Notes: generated by a model from the sequence alone, not told the origin. DNA of 64,000 bases from Enoplolaimus lenunculus (GCA_030248215.1 JASANG010003345.1:372001-436000), one strand, 5' to 3'; positions 36,537 to 51,636 are shown, counted from the first letter of the stretch. Made by a program: numbers and translations.

Positions 36537-38295
36537 GCGGCAGGCGTAGTGTTGAACATCAACGAGCAATGACAGCTGCGCCTGCGCAAGAAGAATATTC
36601 GCCAGCTCCACGTGATCCAGGCTGTAGCAGTAGCAGTGGTGGCAACAGTAATTGTGAAGATAGTGGCGGAAACGTATTAGGCGGTCAACTACATTGTAGT
36701 TCATTGAATACTATTGCCGGTAGGCAAACGGTGTCTGCTGCTACAAATGTCGATTTACAAGGTCCTGCGGGTAATACTGTCGCCGGTTATAACACCGCTA
36801 ACGATCCGGTTTCGATGGCTGCTGTAGCGGCTGCGTACGCAGCTGGTGGCGCCAATGGTGGTTTAGCTGTCGGTGGCCGTTCACTGCCGCCCCATCGTGG
36901 TACCATAGCATCAGCTGGCGCTACTTGTGGATTCACGCACACCGCTGGATTTATGGAAGAATTATTATTTCATCATCGAAGCGATTTGACAACACCGAAT
37001 TCAGGTAGAGCCAGCGGCGCGGGTGCGCAAATTGCCTGTGTTGCTCGAGGGGCAAAAGTGATGCTTGGTCATGTTGAACCTGGCTCCGATGAGCCGATTG
37101 TTCGAGGTACTACCAGTTATAGCGGAAGCAGTGAGTTGTTGACAGTAGCTGGTGCCGCTAGCGATAAGGCGTTAGATCGGTATCAGTTAGCGGCGCCGAC
37201 AGGATTTCAGCCTTCGTTGTCATCTGGTCGAACAACACTGTCTGGAAATTTGATTTTGCAGCAGCAGCGGCAACAACAACAACAGCTCCAACAACAGCAA
37301 CAACCGCAGTCGGCGTTGATGCAGTCGTTGTACCAGTTCCAGTTATTGCAACAACAACAACAACAAGAGCAACAACAACGTCGGCTACAATGTGCAACAA
37401 ATACGCAAATCCCGATGGTTCAAGTGCAAAACCAGATTTTAGACGAACAAAGGAACATATTACAGCAAAATCAGACTACGACTGATGATGCAATGCCAGT
37501 CCTCGCCAGTCAACAGCATATAAATATGTCGCTACCGGTTTTACAACAACAACAACAACAATCACAATTTTTGCTGAAAGATTCGGCAGGCGATCGCGGA
37601 ATTGACTATTTAGCATCGCTTTTGTGTAGTCTCGCAGCAACCGAACAACAGCAGCATACGCATCAGCAACGATTGCAACTGGCTACTGCGTTTCAGAAAC
37701 CTAGTGAATTGACATATCACAGTGAATTGGTATCAGGTGGGAATCAAGGACCATTTCTTAGTTCAGCAGCTCACAGCAACGCTGACGCGCGAGCCGCGCT
37801 AGTAGGTGGAACGCCTGCGATTTCATATGCGACTTCTGTGACTTCGAACAATTCTACCATCAATTTAGGGAGCGGAGACCCGCTGCTGGCTGCTGCTGCT
37901 GCTGCAGGAATTATTCAGCCGTCAACGTATCTGGCATATCATTGTCAACAACAAAAACAACCAGCGTCGATTCAACCGTCGCCGCAACAGTTACACAGTC
38001 TGCTGAGTTTTGGCAGTGCTATCCCGCCAGGAGTGACCGAAACTAAAATACCAAATTGTATCGTCGAGCAAAATGCAGCTACAACATCAGTGTCGCCGTT
38101 ATCGTTATTGCAACTGCAGCAGCAGTTGCGAACGATAGCAAGTAACAGCAACAGTACTCCAGTGAATAGTGTGGCATCAGTAAATCCGCTCGCGGCAACA
38201 GCTCAACTGTTGCTCGCTAATCCACAAACAGCCGCGGCCGCAGCTGCGGTGGCCGCTGCTATGGCCGCTGCTGCGACAGTCCCGCAATTGCACGG

Positions 38296-38326
<31 letters not shown>

Positions 38327-38912
38327 CACCAGCAATCGCAGGTATCGACCAGCACTAGTCATCAAGAACACATACCAGTCACTTCAGGCATATCAACAAA
38401 TCAGTTGATTTCCGTCGCCCCAGCGATCAACAAAGTTGACGCCGGGTCGATTGTTGCTCCTCAACTTGGTTCGCTCGACGCAAACCAGGTTGCTTTGCTG
38501 CTTGGCATCGCTGCAGGACAACTGACCCCGCAGCAGTTGTCTAAACTGCAGTCGGCAACCCCAACGGCACCCGGGTCGTCTGAGTTGCACCGCGATATTG
38601 TTGCGTCGACTCCAATTGCGGTGTCTGCTGCCACTGCAGGCTCTCAGCTGCTGCAACCACAAGTCGCTAGCCAAGTTGTTCCTAGACCGTTTAACGAGTT
38701 GATTGAATCGGCCGTTGGTACTACTCGATTGTTATCGTCGGATAATATCAACAAGTTAGTTGACAGTAAAGTAGTTGGTGATTCTGCGTTGAATATGACA
38801 ATGGAAGCCCACCTTGCCCGCCAGATTCAGTCACAGTCGAGCGGTCGCGACCCCCAGTTGCATAGGCATCTATCATGGACGCAGCTACAAAATGTGCCGC
38901 ACGCACAACTGC

Positions 38913-38951
<39 letters not shown>

Positions 38952-41900
38952 TATTGCAACGTCAACAATCACTGTTAGGACCAGTTTTAACGGGTGCGCA
39001 ACAGAGTCAATCAGTAGTGGCGACGGGTCAACAAGGGTCAACTGCTGCGTTGTATTCGTCAAATATTGTTGGTGGCTCAGCAAATGTTATTAGACCAACA
39101 ACACGCGTAATTGCGAAAGATGCCGCCACAAACCTCTTGAACGATGTTGGTACGGGTAACGCGCCACACCAACCATCATCGTTTAATAGGGTATTCGCTC
39201 GCGATCAAAGTTTATTCGGAAACACTGTAGGAGCGTTAGAGACTACGGCAGCCAGTTGTGCCGGTACCAGTTGTGAACAGACGCTTTGCGGAGATCAAAA
39301 ACCTTTGATTTCGACCGTTGTGACACTTAGTGGGACTCCTGTTGGTGCCTCCGCTGCCACTGTGGCGACGTGTTGTTTCCAGCCAACAGTTTCTCTTGCT
39401 TCTGTAGCAATAGACAGCAGCGCTCAATTGAAATGTGGATTCGAATCCGAAAATAAATATTTAACCGCCAGTGCGATAAATTCTGGCCAGAATAATTTGA
39501 AGAGCAGCAATTCTGTGTACCAGCATTATCATCATCATAATGTGTTGCAGCATTCGGCGAGTTTACCAGTAACTACGGCAGCAAGCAGTTTAGTAATACC
39601 AACAACGTCGGCGACAACGTCAAAACGAGCGACCGGCACAACTCCGACTGGAAGTGGAAGCAATAGCGTCGGTGCTGGTGGTGGTAGTAATAGCAGCAGC
39701 AGTAACCTGCTCAGTAGTCCGGAAGCGGTTGGCGAACACATTTCAAGGCTGATATCAGATAACGAAGCGATCATAACTCCGTCACCGGTGTTGCTCAAAA
39801 AACGCAATTCGAAACTTTATGGGTTGCTAAGCAGTGGTGGAACAACATCAACAACTACTACAGCTGTAGCATCAACAACGACAACGACCATGGCAACTAC
39901 TACGGCTACAGCGACACAACAACATAGACTATTCGGCCATACGAGTTCGCTTCCTCTAACAACTATAGCGGGTGCTGGGTCGCCACTGGTCGCTTCGGCA
40001 ACGGTTCAAACCAGCATAGGGGCGCGCGGTGCAACAGCTGACACTCCACCGATGAAACGATTTAACGGCGGCTCCAGTTTGGTTGTAGTTTCAGCGCTTT
40101 CCTCAGCCGCACCGATGACTTTAACGTCTGTCGCGAGTAACAACAGTGCGATGGTTGTGTCACTTGCGACAACGATTGATTTACCAGCGACGAGTGTTGC
40201 CGGCAAGTCTTATATTGGGAGCCAACTCAGACCAGCTATGACGAACGGTTCTACTGCGTTCTCTCAACAACAACAACAACAATACTTTGTATCGCCTACC
40301 AACAAATTGTCACGACAGCGGTCTATGGGCCGCTTGTTTGATGCGTCGAGTTATGTGGCGTCAAGAGATGCTGGAAATGGCGACTGCGTTCAAGCTGATA
40401 GTTCTATGGCTTTACGACCTCATGTTGAAGGCACGAGATTTGACGAACGAGTACCATCAGCGAACAGCACAGTTAATGTTCAGTGTTCGCCACAAGCTGG
40501 TATTGCAGAACTAACATGGCAACAACAATTTCATAGGTCATTGCTGTCGGCATCTACGACAAGTGGCGTGGCAACAGCAGTTGAGACGAACCTACTTGAC
40601 AGGCACACAGCCGCAACAGGACCAGTAGCGTCGGATGGTACTTGCGCAACATCAGCAGTAACAACACCAGTTATAGCTTCGGCAGTGTTTAAGTGTCGAT
40701 ATTGTAACAATAATTTTCGAAATTCAGAAAGTTTAGAAACACACGAGTATCGATGTGCACATCGACCTGGGCCGGCGGCTACTGTAGTGCCCCAACAAAA
40801 TAGCGTAGGATCTTTAGTATTAGGAAACAAAGTCGCTAGTATAGATGACCATCGTCAATTGACAGGTAACCAAAATAAGTCGTTGCATGTACATTATTAC
40901 CATGATCAAAAACCACAACAGTATCAGTTTTTAGATCGCCGAATGTCTCTGCCATGTCGACTGATAGAACCGACAAATTTAGTCAAACAAGCGATGCCTG
41001 CGGTTGCGCAACAACAACCGATTGTGACTGATGGAAATGGTTGCAGTCTGCAAACTGGCGTGGTAGCTAATAGAGATCCAGTCACTGAAACGCTAGTCGG
41101 TGTACGAATGGCGTCGCTTGAACGTAATTTTGGTGGTGGCAACGTCGAACTTAATGTGTCGTCAACAACGACGGATATCTCTACCGCAACACAGTTAGCA
41201 TCACCGATGAGCAAAGGTATCATTATTTCTAGTGAGCAACTGCTACAAACGTCGCCATCTACATCAGTTCAGCCACATCGTTCGTTGAAAAAGCGGATTT
41301 TAGCTGATTTTGCTCCTGTAACATGTAATTATGCGGCAGTGGAAGGTCAGCTAGATTCAGTGAAATTGTTACAGGCCGGGTCTGATGCGATCATACAAGT
41401 TGTTGGTTCGGCGACCGCTATGACGTTATCAGGAGTGGTAGTAGCAAATCAACCAATTGTGTCAGTCTCGGTGCAACCTGATAAACACTTACGACTGTTT
41501 GATGGCGCACTGATGTCATCACTTCAAATTCCGATTGGTCGCAGTATTGAAGAGAGTGCAGTGGGTGCTTGCAACGAGAAAACCAATAAGAATCTAGAAA
41601 ACAACAGCTATTCCAACGCAAACCTTACCACGCAATCGCCAGTAATTTGTGAAGAGTACAGTAGCAATAGCCATGTGGACAACACCAAGCACGGAGCGAC
41701 AATTGTTGTTGGAGGTAAAGTTGTAGGTGTTGAAACCGCTCGTAGTTTGGTTTATCTGGACGGCGGTGGCAGATTGGCATCGAGCGCAATCGCTAATCGT
41801 GGTTGTAACGAACAAACATCGAAAGTCTCGTTGGTCAGTGTACGACAAGTTCCGGTAATAACAGCAGCTGTAGCTGCAACATCAACAACAGGAGCAGCAG

Positions 41901-42913
41901 CAACAACAACAACAACAACAACAACAACGACAACGACAACTACAACAACAACACAAGTGACGTCATTTTGTTCATGGCCGCTTGACAGCGTGAAGTTAGC
42001 GATTAAACGCGGTGGTGGCAATAGCACCATCTGTGATCGACATAAATTCAAGGGGACACTGAATGAGTCAACTCGTGTATCGTACTGTACGACAGATAGC
42101 GGCCCCGGTGGATGGGAATTGCATAATTCGATAAAGCGTGCAAAAATTGAATCAAAATCTGCCAGCCAGATCTCGACTGATTCACCGCGACGTTGTAGCT
42201 ATTGGCATAATTTGTTTAGCGACTTAATACCCGCGGCTGACACAATGTCTGCGTATGAAGATGTAATGCAACGACGATACGGGCCGAAAGGCAACAAGTC
42301 TGTGGTTGGCAGTGATGGATCTAGCAGTAGCAGTTGTGTTGTCGTCACCTCTGGTCGAGTTGAATTTCCATCGTTGAGCGAACGAAATATACGACCAGTA
42401 GGAGTCGAGGTCGGCACTACAGGTTGTTGCAAGCCGTCGCGCTATTGCTGGCGCTATACGCTCGCTGCCGGTAGACAATCACGTCAACTTTTGATGGTAT
42501 GCAGTGCTGTAGCGGCGGTTGTCAATAAACGTAAGCGACGCAGCGATGAAGATGACTATAGGGTAACCGGACATGTGGCAACAACAACTGAATATGAATC
42601 AACGATTGATTCAAGCGTCAAACGTAGACGTTTGATAGGTCATGGCAGTAACGGTTCGGGCAATGCCTCGTTGGTACTCGACGATGCCATCACTTTAGAT
42701 AAAGATGGGATTGATTCCAGCGAGACTTTGACAGGAAGGTCAACCCGAATACGGTCATCGTTTTTGTTGCCTGCCTCGACTAGTTCAACAACAATAGCAA
42801 CGACTTCGCTGCCAATACAGGGCAGGCTACAAACGGTCACGACGACGCCTGCTGGCAGTGGCTTACAACATTCGACTCCAATATTACGAGCATCATTATT
42901 CGATGAAGTCCAG
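36323..42913 (+). CDS. sma-9: Schnurri/SMA-9 zinc-finger transcription co-factor, giant exon (N-terminal half; true start uncertain)
   Basis: 2,200-codon ORF, Q/T/A-rich. Contains the Schnurri-family motif GEHISRLISDNEAII and a C2HC finger CRYC...HEYRC; ends at phase 0 donor CAG|GTAGGT. Confidence 0.85.
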
Positions 42914-43363
42914 GTAGGTGTTTAGGGACCGTGTTTTTAAGACGCTGTACGCACCAGTTACCAGTTAGCGATAGGTCGGCCATAAACAAAGTTTACGTAG
43001 CGATAAAAAAAGTTTACGTAGCGATAAAAAAATAACCGCCACACAAATTTTGCTGAATTTTAGTTTATAGCGTTTGATACATCAACGGTGAACATGACAT
43101 ATCGATATAATTTAAAAGTCCAAGGTAATTATGCTAATCTTGAAGTAGGTCTATTACGTACATATTTGTTCTGTTCTGGGACGTCAACTGTCCCGTTAGT
43201 TTTATAAACGATGCTCTCTGTATCTGTAAGCCCAAATTTATTTACACTAGCGACTGTAGAATAATTTTTGGAGTGTGTTGTAGTAAATAAAATGTTTGTG
43301 GCACACATGTGAGTCTTGTAACAAGGCTTATTTATTTATTTATTTATATATATTCTTATTTAG

Positions 43364-43662
43364 CAGCGATCGCACGCATTGCCAACAACGGTTCAATGTC
43401 GTATTTGTGCAAAACAGTGGACAATGGCCATTGCAAGTATGACAGGCTATCAGCATGGCCAGTTTGACCGTAAGCTACAACGATATGATCAGCAGTGTAC
43501 CGTGTGTTGCACGAAAGCTTATTGCAATTTGCTTCGACGCAACTATGTGTGTTTGCGATGTTTTGTTCAGGTCAAGCGAAACCATTTACTGCAACATTGT
43601 ATCGAGCGGGTCTTAAAACAGCATGAGTCGCGTGGCGTTGATTTGGAAGTTGACTTGGGATG
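43364..43662 (+). CDS. sma-9: Predicted internal exon, Cys-rich
   Basis: Acceptor TTATTTAG|CAG (phase 0, compatible with the previous donor), open frame, donor TG|GTATGT (phase 2). Confidence 0.65.
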
Positions 43663-43770
43663 GTATGTTTGTTCTGGATCTTGTACACTTTCCCCATATG
43701 CTTAAGCTTACGATACTGTTTGTTCAATGCCTAGACCTTAATCGTAACCCTTAGTGTTTAATGTGGTAGT

Positions 43771-44079
43771 TAGGGTGCAACCGAAGTTATAAAATACCGG
43801 AACCGGAAGGTTAAATAAATACCAATCCCGCTTCGCAGGAATCGCGAGTACTATTATTTTGAAACATAGATCGCTTTCTATTTGAATTAAATCTTGAAGA
43901 CACGGTTGAAGCATTTGTCCCAGCCGGGTACGTTTTTATATGTACGTACTTATAGAGAAAAATTTTCAATACCGAAAATACCGGAAAATGCGGTGAAAAT
44001 ATACCGGATTGCCGTAAGTAACCGGATTCTGAAAAATACCGGATTTCCTTTCCGGAACCGGAACTCTGGTTACGCCCTG
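43771..44079. mobile_element. hAT-like MITE, intronic
   Basis: TAGGGTGCAACC / GGTTACGCCCTG termini; TSD GTGGTAGT/GTAGTAGT. Confidence 0.8.
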
Positions 44080-44294
44080 GTAGTAGTGTACAATTGCAGT
44101 GTGCGAGTTTATATTGACCTTTGCTTGGGGTACAGAAAAACTAATTCGAATGTTAAAATGGGATTATCTGTATTCCTTCTTACCGAGAATCTGTTACCCT
44201 TTTCATGCTGAATATATACATATTTTTATTCATCTAATGATGTAGTCATGTAGTACTTTATCGGCGGTGTTTTTTTGAAATTTTAGCACTGTGT

Positions 44295-44691
44295 CAGGGT
44301 GCAACCGGAATTCCGGTTCCGGCGTTTTTTCACCTTCCGGTTCCGGTTCCGGTAAATTTTTACCGGATTTAAAAATTCTGGTGTTATAATTTGGCCGTTT
44401 TCTTAACTTTGCTAATTTTTAAGGATCTCTTTTGAAAGCCACTTGTACTCCAAATATAAGCCAATGATGGTGGATTTCACTTCAGTCGACGACGAAAATC
44501 TAAAATACAACAAATAAAATAAATACCTATGTTCGACTAAGGTTATTTCACAAATAATAGAGCAAAAAATAAGAATAAAATGAAATTTTTGGTGGAATGC
44601 ATTTTTCACTTTCCGGTTCCGTTTCCGGTTCCGGTTCCGGTAAAATTTTCAAATTCCGGTTCCGGTAAATTGTAATTCCGGTTGCACCCTG
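44295..44691 (-). mobile_element. hAT-like MITE family A, copy 4 (intronic)
   Basis: Same TIRs; perfect TSD CACTGTGT. Confidence 0.95.
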
Positions 44692-45410
44692 CACTGTGTA
44701 GAAATTTTTAGCTAATTATACTCGATTTTTCGAAAGCGAGATGAAGGCGAAGGGGTCATCCCTACTACAGTGCCCCCAAAAAATTATTTGTATTGTTTTA
44801 TTGGGTATCCTGTTGAAGCTGACCATTATGTAACTGCTTTTGTCTTAATGGAAACGTTTTCTTACGAAAAATTAACATCTCTTATTCCAATATTCTTGTT
44901 GGCGGATACATTGCTGAAAAGTGTAAAGTTTTGTATTGGGTTACAAGTGACAGCGTATGGATTAGTGTCGGCTTCATCTTATTTACATTTATTTTTGTAT
45001 TATGCTTTAGGCTAATGCGTTCTCAGATTTATTTTGATCCGACACGACGAAAAGATTTCAGAGCTTTAGGTACGTAACATATTTTGTTTCGTTGTTTTCC
45101 ACTTTTCTTCGCTTTTTTTCTGATTGAGTACAAATTTCTTATTGTCAGCTGAACATTTTTCTACCGTCTGAGTTTTAGGTGGCCTATATATACAATCTTC
45201 AGTGGTATTTTGTGCGTAAACCAAATCATTATTATTATTGCTTGCAGTTTCTATTTTACTACTATATACTACAGCGTAACGTATGTATTTCATACTTTGA
45301 ACATTTGTCAGTTCGTGTTTTGTAGTAGAAATTATGTTGTTTTCCAACTGTCAACCTATGTATTGTATTTATTTCGTTCAAGCTGGCTTTAACCATTCAA
45401 AATAATTCAG

Positions 45411-45505
45411 GAAGACAGCCTCACACCTGACAGACAGTAATGAATTGAACTGCGATGGAGGACGCGTTGCCCCCTTGGGTGCCCTATCAGTACGCATCTG
45501 GATAA
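45411..45505 (+). CDS. sma-9: Possible small exon (WKTASHLTDSNELNCDGGRVAPLG...)
   Basis: Acceptor AATTCAG| is phase-2 compatible and the frame is open; donor position uncertain (45506 or 45510). Confidence 0.35.
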
Positions 45506-45570
45506 GTTGGTAATCGTTTACGTTGTTTCCGCGCTGTTCCAACTTGTAATTTTGTTCAACATGATTTCAG

Positions 45571-48500
45571 ATTCACGTTTGATACGGTCAATATCTCCAC
45601 CGCCGTGCGTCCCAATTGATTTAATGGTCCGTTTTAGTCTAACAGAGAGCGACCAACAAGCCAGTGACTCAAATCCTTGCAGTTGCGATCAACAGCAACG
45701 AAAGAGACCGGTATCTGGAGATATAAAAACTGATGCGAGGGCAGCGAGATTTGGTATTGCGGGAAACGTAGCAAATGAATTCGCGAGTACTACGACGTTA
45801 ACTATGGAAAAATTACTTGGCAAACGAAAATTATCTGCGGCCTCTGACATACGCGATTTGAGTGGTGCGTCTAGCAAAGTCACAGCTCCTGTTACTGGTG
45901 CGGCTACTAAGCGTGTTAAACGTGAATTGATTGATAGTAGTAGCAGAACAACAACAGCAGCAGCAGCAACAACAGCAGCAGCAGCAACCACAACAACAAC
46001 AACAACCACAACTGGTGTTACATTTCGTTGCTGTGAATCACCTGTTATACCACCAAGCGTTACAGATGTTCTTGCTGAATTGCACCCAGAAGACAATGAT
46101 GAAGGTACCGGTGAGAGCGGTAGCGGCGACACAAACCAACTACAACATCATCATCATCATCATCATCATCGGACTCCGCTCGATGCTGTGTTAACAATCG
46201 ATACAGATAACATAACTACGCCGACTACAGCTAAACTTGCCGATTCACCAGTGAGGAATTTTGACGATTTATTGGCGCCACCTCCAGCTGAGTTACGTAA
46301 TTTAGTGCTAGGCTCTGATGTAATTGTTGCAAGCGTTATAGCGGGACAAGTTGTGGATAGCGGAAATAAGCCTGGAATAGCTAGCAGTAGGACACCTGCC
46401 AAGTCAAATACAACCGATACCGGAACGGCGACAAGACTGTTGTTAAAACGTCCTGTTGGCGGTGGCGGCGCCCCAAACATTGTTGGGGGAAATGCCGGTG
46501 TGGGTAATGTTGAAGCAACAACAACAACTACATCGGGTAAGCCATCAACGTTATTGATAGCTGCATCGAATCAGATTACAAACGACAACGGAGGGGCCAA
46601 ATGTATTGACGGAAGTATCGCTTGCAGTATTAATAGTGGCAACACTGCAACGCTACTACAAACACCGGAAACGTATTTTAATCGCGAAGCTGAAAAACCA
46701 GTTTGTACAATTTGTGATAAAGCGTTTCCCAATGTTGGTGCGTTACGCTTGCACATGAACGTTCATTATTACGAACAAGCGACTGCAGCTGCGAAACGCT
46801 ATGAATATCGTTGTAGCACTTGTCGGAAACAGTTTCGGTCACGTGCATTGCTTAACAGACATGTTGACGTTGATAGTCCGAGCTGCCGCCTTGCTGGTAG
46901 CAATAGCACTGACACGACTCCGAATAATAATAGTAATGATGTTTGTAACGCGAATGAATCAAGCAGAATAATCGAAGAAAGTGAAGAGGGCAACATAGGT
47001 CTAAGCAGCTTAGTTGGGAACCGATTTGGTGATAATGATACCAGTGGATGTGGAATAGATTCGCTTAAAGCGAACGGCAAACAACTTAGTGCAGATTTGG
47101 GGCATGGAAATTTGTCGAAAGCTGAATCAGAAATCAACAACGGCAATTTAAGCGAGCCAGCGGCCAAAAATGATGCTAATGGTGGTGATTGTGTATCGCG
47201 ATCTAATGTCCTCAGCGCTGTCGAACAAAGAAGTGTACTTGAAAACGAAGCTTCTGTATCGCGAGCAGCGCCGAACAGCAGCAGCAATGCCGCTTTAAGT
47301 CTTGGTACAGTAGCTTCTGGCGGAGATGGAAAGCTAAAACGGCCGCAACAACAACAACAGCGACCAACTGTTGTTCGAAATCCGCGACCTTATCGATGTG
47401 ACGATTGTGGGACAGCGTTTCGTATTGCAGGACATTTGGCGAAACATCTTCGATGCAAACAACATATTCAAAAGCTTGAATGTTTAGGACGTATTCCTCC
47501 TGGAACATACAGTGTCATCGTGGACTCTAGCGTCGGGACTTCCGGAACATCGACAACAACTGCGACGTCCTTATCTTCATCGGGAACTAGTGACAGCAGC
47601 GCTAATAATCCGAGTAGTGTCTCCAATCAAATCGATACATCTAGCTGTGATTCGGCGTTGCGCAGCTTGCGTGCGATTGCTCACCGTCATGGGTTAACAT
47701 CGACCACCGAAAATGTGACGGCTAACGACAGTTTGGAGGCCGTCGCTAGTACAGATACGAGTTCGGCTGCTACGCCGGCAATGTCGCTGATGCCGGCTAC
47801 AGCTGTGAGCGTAATTCGTAGCGGTATTCATGATGAAACAGCAGAAACAACTACGGCAATTGACACCGTTTGTGACAATCTGCAAAAGGAGGCTGCTCAA
47901 GTAAGCGACAGTGTGAAACTGTTAGTTAGTTCGGTAGTTGAACAGCGTGCAACGTCCGTCGTTGCAGCTGTCAATTTGGAACACTTTGAGGAATCGTCAA
48001 CTGTGCAACAGCAGCTGTTGCAGCACGAAACAACAACGTTGTCGTCGGTGTCGAGCGCTGGATCGTTGCAGATTGTCGATGAAGAAGATGTCGACACAGA
48101 TGCCGCCGTTAGCATTGACGTGACGCCGATTCATCATATGACGGCATCATCCGGTGACACCATCCAGGCTGATGGTATCCCACGAGACCTCATGAGTTCC
48201 GATGGTACCGGAAGTGACGTTATCAGTTCCGATGGAACCAGAAATGACTGCGTCAGATCCAATGCTGGCGTCGAAAATGACGTCACCGGTTCTTATAGCA
48301 TCAAAAATGACGACATAGAGGCAACAACGTCGAAATGTGCTAATGAAGAGATCAAAGATGATGATGATAATGATGACGACACAGATGTTGATGTTGTTGG
48401 GTTGACAAACGGCAACGACGGTGAAAACTACAACAACGATGAAAACGACAACAACGACGGCAAGTTCATCGATGGTGGACCGTCTAGCTCAAACAGTGTC

Positions 48501-50201
48501 AAAGAGATACAACAGCTGCAATTGCTTGTCAGCCGACCGAAACACGAAATCGAGGTAACAACCGTACGGCGACTCGCTGAGGCTTCAAATAGCGGAAACG
48601 AAGATCGGATGGTTTGTACACTTGCCGAAGAAACCGATAACGACAAGATTGAGGAAGGTGAAATTGTCGATGCTGCAGCATCGCTGCTTGTTGCAAATGC
48701 GGAAAATACCGAGAATGTTGTTACAAATGCGACAACAACTACAATGTTGTCTCTAGCATCAACTGGCATCAGTTCGGCGATCAAGTATCATTCCGCAACC
48801 AGTGTGGCACCTCATGAGATGTCGCTGAATCGACCAATTAAGACACAGGTAGTGCAAGGATCGCAACGTCAACAACAACAACAACAACAACAACTGCGTT
48901 TCCTGACGCCGCGGATTCAAAGTCAAACACTATCTCAAACAGTATCATCACAAAATCACCAAAAGAAATCGCAGTATTCGCCATCGACATCGTCGTCACC
49001 GTCAGTGATTCTAGCAGGCGTTTGGGTACCTCCGATAACAAGCGAACCGAACGGCGGCGGACTGCTAGCGGCGGCGCAACATCAGTTTGTTGTAGGTGGA
49101 GGACCGGCGCGGTACGCGAGATCACTGGACGTACCCAATGAATCGACGAACCGATTTGACGGTTCAAAAGGGCTGTTCAAAACAAGTAGCGTATCTTCTG
49201 GAAAGGTTCGCTGCGGCAGTAACGCAAGTTTGCTGACTGCAGAACGAAGTAAATCTTTTGCGGCGATGACCGGTGACTCTAAATTTACGTCAGATGATAC
49301 TGTGGGCGCAACGAAACGGGCAAGTTGTCGAATGAATTATTCTGATCGAAGTAATGCTAGTGCTGTTGGTAGTGGCGAAGGTTCGTTTGCTGAAATTTTG
49401 GGTACGGCGATAAAGGTGAACGACAACAACAATCATAGCGACAATAACAACAACAGTAATAATTATAATAATGATAATAACAGAAACCCAAACTACGTAT
49501 CAATGGCCACAGTTAATGAAATATCGCCAAAAGAATCAAATGTTGCGGTTGGCGATCGCATTGCGCTTCATAATGATATCATTGACGATGTTGTATGCAA
49601 TATATGTGGCACGCGATTTCGAACCACAGTTGAGCTGAAAGTGCATTTACATGCAGATCATATTCAGTTACGTGACGGCAACGATTATCGTTGTCCGTTC
49701 GCTGAATGCGATCGCGTGTATCCGAGTCGAGCGAGCCTTCGAGCTCATTTACCAAGTCATTTTGAGCAGCAACAACAACAGCAACAAAAAGTCGACGTAA
49801 CAGCAGCGGCTGCGACCGTCGACAGTGGAGGATTGCAGCTACAACATTCTGGTCACAAAACGAGAGCGAGTACGCCTGGTTCGGTTGATGGCGATAAAAT
49901 TGGAGCCAGTGGGTATTCACGAGGATCACCGAAATGTCATTTATTGACGCCAATTCAAAGGCATGGGGTAACCGGTTCAGCTATGGCTTGTAGCAGCAAC
50001 AACAGCAGTACCGCGTCAGCTACAGGTCGAGTAAATGTTACCACAAATGGTGCTGTTGGCTCCGTCACGTCGCAGGGTCAATATCCTGCCGATCCAACTA
50101 TACGACCGTCGTCAGCAGCCGTGGCAGCGGCTTCGATGGCGTGGGATCGACAGAATATGTTGGCAGCTGCTGAAGCGTTGATTACTATTGCTCATCAAAC
50201 G

Positions 50202-50232
<31 letters not shown>

Positions 50233-51636
50233 CAACTTCTTCTGCAGCGTCGTCCACAACTTCTTTACGACATCAACTTTTGGCAGCGAGACAACGCAAT
50301 ATGCACAGCTCTTCGGACAGTGGTAGTTTTCAAAATTCCTCGAATGGTGGTAGTAGTGTTAGTAGTAGCAGCAGTGGGGGTGCTGGTACTCTAACGAGCA
50401 GCTATGGATCAGGCGCAAGTTTTGGCAGTGTTTCGTCGATGTGTCGAAATAATAGTATCGGAAGTGCCAGTGTTCAACAGCATCCTGTCACCGAGCTGGC
50501 GATGGCTTCTGTGAGCGGAGTGGCCGCTCATGTGTGGCCGCCACCGCATCATTATTTTAAAATCGTTCAACCGCGCGATTTAACATCGTCGTCTTTGGTG
50601 CCAGGCACAGGTGTTCGATCATTACAGAACACTCAACAGTATCGATCAGCTGGGGCGGTTGATAACAACGGCTGTGAACGTGGGTCGCCTTTTGCAGTAC
50701 TCGATGAGTCATCGGCAAGAATCATCCGAGCATATAGCGCTGGATCGTCGCAAAAACAGCTGCTCACTGGAGTTGGTAGCGCTGCTGCGGCGGATACTAT
50801 TTCACCACAGCAAGCGACGCTTTTACAAGCGGCGTACGCGAAATTTTTGACTGCTGAACACGGTCTTGATGCAAAAAATTCTAACACTGATAAAACGAAT
50901 CGGATCGCTACCGGAATGATCGTGACGCCAGACATGCTACCAGTATCCGGTGATGCCCTTCGTGCACGAAACGAACTGCGCACAGTAACACGGGCGACTG
51001 GCAGCAGCAGCAACAACAACAACGATGCAGCCAGCAAACGCAAAGCATTCAGTCAACTACTTGATCCAGAACAAAGTTCGAAAGCTGCGTTTACGCAGGA
51101 TTATTTGCTGGCTCGCGCAAACGTTGCAGGTTCACCCAATATGTCTGCTGGTATATCTGTTGACCGCCACAACAATAGCGATAGCAGTTCCGCTACCGGT
51201 GGTCAAAACGGCACGACTGGAGGCCACAATCTCGTACATTGCCCTATGGACCAAATTGGCAAACCTCTTCCAGGCGACGACATTGTTGCCAAAGGCGCAA
51301 GTGGTGGAATGAACGTTGGCCGCGACTATGCTCACTCTGGATCACTTATTAACGGTACAAGTGGCGACGCCAACCTCATTGCTAAAGCTGTCCCACAGGG
51401 AACAGATATTAGTGACCAAATTTTGACCGTCAACTCCGCAAGGCCGCCAGTCGACCGCTGTGACGAATGGTTGCGTAATTTGATACTCCAGCAGCAGCAG
51501 CAACAACAACAACAACAAAGAATTTTTGCGTCATCATCAGTTAATAATACGTCCACAGCAACACTGACGCTGTTGAGTCGAATGCAGAATACACTACAAC
51601 AACAGCAACAACAACAACAACAACAGCAGCAGCAGC

